Shown in pieces: positions 61,671 to 64,000 of a stretch of 64,000 bases of DNA (positions within the stretch are counted from its first letter, which is position 1; each line of letters opens with the position of its first letter). The stretch comes from Alphaproteobacteria bacterium. Lineage in GTDB: Bacteria > Pseudomonadota > Alphaproteobacteria > CALMVH01. The notes under the pieces are model-generated. The model was not told the DNA's origin. It ran no database searches and was given only the letters and a program-made list of their open reading frames with translations. Made by a program: the position numbers and the translations under genes. Where the stretch lies: NCBI GenBank assembly GCA_965199335.1, contig CBDAQZ010000004.1, positions 448,666-512,665 on the forward strand, written 5' to 3'.

Positions 61671-63350
61671 GTGAGCAGCTACATAAACACAATGCGCAGT
61701 ATTGGAACCGCCCGCCTGGCGGTCATGGGTCTCGTAGCCGTGGTCCTGGCGGGATTTTTCATCTTCCTGATGACCCGGATGTCGGCCCAGCCGATGGCCT
61801 TGTTATACAGCGACCTGTCGGGCAGCGACGCCGGTGCCGTGGGCCAGAAGCTGGACGCGCTGAAGATCCCGTTCGAAGTCAATCCAGAAGGCACCAGCAT
61901 CAAGGTTGCCGCCGACCAGGTTGGCCGCGCCCGCATGGCGCTGGCGCAGGAAGGCCTGCCCAGCGGCGGCTCGTTCGGGTATCACGAGATCTTCGACCAG
62001 AACCAGTCCTTCGGCACCACCAGCTTCATGGAAAACCTCAACCAGGTTCGCGCCCTGGAGGGTGAACTGTCGCGTACCGTCTCCAGCCTGGCCCCGGTCA
62101 AGTCGGCGCGTATCCACCTGGTCATGCCCAAGCGCGAATTGTTCAGCCACGACCAGCAGCCCGCGACGGCAAGCGTGGTGCTGGCCCTTCGTCCCGGCGC
62201 CAGCCTGAACCGCGAACAGATCTCGGCCGTGCAGCACCTGATCGCATCGGCGGTGCCGCAGCTGAAGCCGGGCCAGGTGTCGATCGTCGACGACCACGGC
62301 AATCTGCTGGCCCGCCCCGAGGACGGCGACTCCGACAACATGCAGGCGGCGAACAACGACGAGATGCGCCACGCCTATGAAACCAGGCTTTCGCATGAGA
62401 TCGAAACGCTGGTCGGCCGTACGGTCGGCGACGGCAAGGTCCGCGCGACGGTGACCGCCGATATGGATTTCGACAAGATCAGCACCAGCCAGGAAACTTT
62501 CGATCCCGACCAGCAGGTCGTCCGCTCGACCCAGACGGTCGACGAGAAGAACGACAGTCAGGACCAGCAGAAGGATGGATCGGTATCGGTGGCCAACAAC
62601 CTACCCGCCGCCGGCGCCGCAGGGGGCGCCTCCGGCACCAGCAGCACGACCAAGGGAACGCGCTCGGAAGAGACGACCAACTACGAGATCGGCAAGACCA
62701 CGCGCGCCCAGGTTCGTGAAGGCGGACAGGTCAAGAAATTGTCGATCGCCGTGCTGGTGGACGGCAACTACACCACCGATGCCGATGGCAAGCAGACCTA
62801 CGCCCCGCGCGACAAGACCGAGATGGACCAGATCAATTCGATCGTGAAATCCGCGACCGGCTACGATGCCAAGCGCGGCGACGTGATCGATGTCGCCAAC
62901 ATGCGGTTCGTCACCGACACCGGCGATGGCGCGACCGCACCCGATACCAGCATCATGGGCTTCGAGCGCAGCGACATCATCCACCTTGCCGAAACCTCGG
63001 TGCTGGGCCTCGTCGCCCTGCTGGTCGTGCTGCTGGTGGTGCGCCCGATCGTAAGCCGCCTCGGCGGCAATGCCGGCGGCGAGGGCGCTTCGTCCAGCCT
63101 GTCCCTGCCGAACGCTCAGCTTCAGGCGGCGCTGGCCGGCCCCTCGTCTTCGGCAGGGGGCATGGAAGCACTGGAGCAGGGCGGATCGACGCCTCTGCTG
63201 GAAAGCGACGACGACGATACGATGATCAACCTCAGCCGCGTGGAGGGACGGGTGAAAGCCTCGTCCTTGCGCAAGATCGGCGAGATCGTGGAAAAACACC
63301 CCAGCGAAGCGGTCTCGATCATCCGCGGCTGGATGTACCAGGAAACCTAA
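61671..63350 (+). CDS. fliF: Flagellar M-ring protein FliF
   Basis: A 559-aa protein with an N-terminal TM, YscJ/FliF domains and a C-terminal TM. Confidence 0.93.
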   Translation: MSSYINTMRSIGTARLAVMGLVAVVLAGFFIFLMTRMSAQPMALLYSDLSGSDAGAVGQKLDALKIPFEVNPEGTSIKVAADQVGRARMALAQEGLPSGGSFGYHEIFDQNQSFGTTSFMENLNQVRALEGELSRTVSSLAPVKSARIHLVMPKRELFSHDQQPATASVVLALRPGASLNREQISAVQHLIASAVPQLKPGQVSIVDDHGNLLARPEDGDSDNMQAANNDEMRHAYETRLSHEIETLVGRTVGDGKVRATVTADMDFDKISTSQETFDPDQQVVRSTQTVDEKNDSQDQQKDGSVSVANNLPAAGAAGGASGTSSTTKGTRSEETTNYEIGKTTRAQVREGGQVKKLSIAVLVDGNYTTDADGKQTYAPRDKTEMDQINSIVKSATGYDAKRGDVIDVANMRFVTDTGDGATAPDTSIMGFERSDIIHLAETSVLGLVALLVVLLVVRPIVSRLGGNAGGEGASSSLSLPNAQLQAALAGPSSSAGGMEALEQGGSTPLLESDDDDTMINLSRVEGRVKASSLRKIGEIVEKHPSEAVSIIRGWMYQET

Positions 63351-63353
63351 GCC

Positions 63354-64000
63354 ATGGCGATGCGTATCCGGGAAGATTTTCGTGGCCTCAGCGGGGCGGA
63401 GAAGGCAGCCGTCTTCATCCTGTCGCTCGACGAGGCGCAGGCGGCCAAGCTGTTCTCCTTCATGGACGAGGAGGAAATCCGCGAGATTTCCATCACCATG
63501 GCCAGCCTGGGCAAGGTCACCTCGGCGGTGGTCGAACGCCTGCTGATAGAATTTTCCGAGCAGGTATCCCATACCGGCTCGCTGATCGGTTCGCTTGAAA
63601 GCACCGAGCGCCTGCTGGCCACGTTCATGGACAAGAACAAGGTCGGCTCGATCATGGACGACATCCGCGGCCCGGCCGGCCGCACGATGTGGGACAAGCT
63701 GGGCAACGTCAACGAGGCGGTGCTGGCCAACTACCTGAAGAACGAATATCCGCAGACGGTCGCGGTGGTGATGACCAAGATCCGTCCCGAGCATGCCGCC
63801 AACGTACTGGCGCAGCTGCCCGAAAGCTTCGCGATGGAAGTCATCATGCGCATGCTGCGCCTGGAAGCGGTGCAAAAGGAAGTGCTGGACGATGTCGAGC
63901 GCACCCTGCGCACCGAGTTCATGAGCAGCCTGGCGCGCACCAGCCGCCGCGACGCGCACGAGATGATGGCCGAGATCTTCAACAACTTCGACCGCCAGGT
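63354..64000 (+). CDS. fliG: Flagellar motor switch protein FliG, 5' part; continues beyond the window
   Basis: It starts [34 protein letters not shown], typical of FliG. The frame is open to the end of the window. Confidence 0.9.
   Translation, partial: MAMRIREDFRGLSGAEKAAVFILSLDEAQAAKLFSFMDEEEIREISITMASLGKVTSAVVERLLIEFSEQVSHTGSLIGSLESTERLLATFMDKNKVGSIMDDIRGPAGRTMWDKLGNVNEAVLANYLKNEYPQTVAVVMTKIRPEHAANVLAQLPESFAMEVIMRMLRLEAVQKEVLDDVERTLRTEFMSSLARTSRRDAHEMMAEIFNNFDRQ

Noticed and set aside
62601-63959. A 452-aa minus-strand ORF across fliF/fliG
   Set aside because: Antisense to two conserved flagellar genes. It is a GC-driven open frame.

Overview
This is a high-GC (about 65%) alphaproteobacterial, Sphingomonadaceae-like chromosomal window, densely packed with core housekeeping genes.

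Core content: an obg 3' end; a DUF1007–NicO metal-transporter pair; tRNA-Met; DUF484–xerC; priA; a GGDEF cyclase; the F0F1 ATP synthase atpHAGDC operon; hemA; gcrA; an ECF sigma module; tRNA-Leu; maeB; an RND efflux operon; tRNA-Gly; tuf; tRNA-Trp–secE–nusG–rplK–rplA; ada; leuS; yggS; and a flagellar block with two tandem flagellins, fliF and a fliG 5' end.

Several short, compositionally atypical insertions interrupt these conserved blocks, and the rest of this summary lists them.

- Between atpA and atpG, two uncharacterised secreted/membrane genes sit inside the F1 operon. They are flanked by a duplicated, degenerate copy of the atpG start.
- A low-GC islet downstream of priA carries a small membrane protein, an unknown 215-aa protein and a DUF488 protein.
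- A roughly 3.5-kb block of hypothetical secreted proteins plus a LysE exporter lies between tuf and tRNA-Trp–secE.
- Two hypothetical genes, one with an HExxH motif, lie between tRNA-Gly and tuf.
- The tandem flagellin duplication carries an embedded low-GC small SAM methyltransferase and a downstream FkbM-family methyltransferase. Together these look like a candidate flagellin-modification locus.
- A dispersed family of palindromic elements built on GTCATCCCGG...CCGGGATGAC (REP/MITE-like) occurs at seven or more intergenic sites.
- A second family of short GGGAGAGG-type hairpins is also present, including a highly structured roughly 115-bp element with (CACACC)n between DUF484 and xerC.

No CRISPR array, transposase or obvious prophage was seen. 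All functional calls are by eye from the translated ORFs and conserved motifs. No database search was run.
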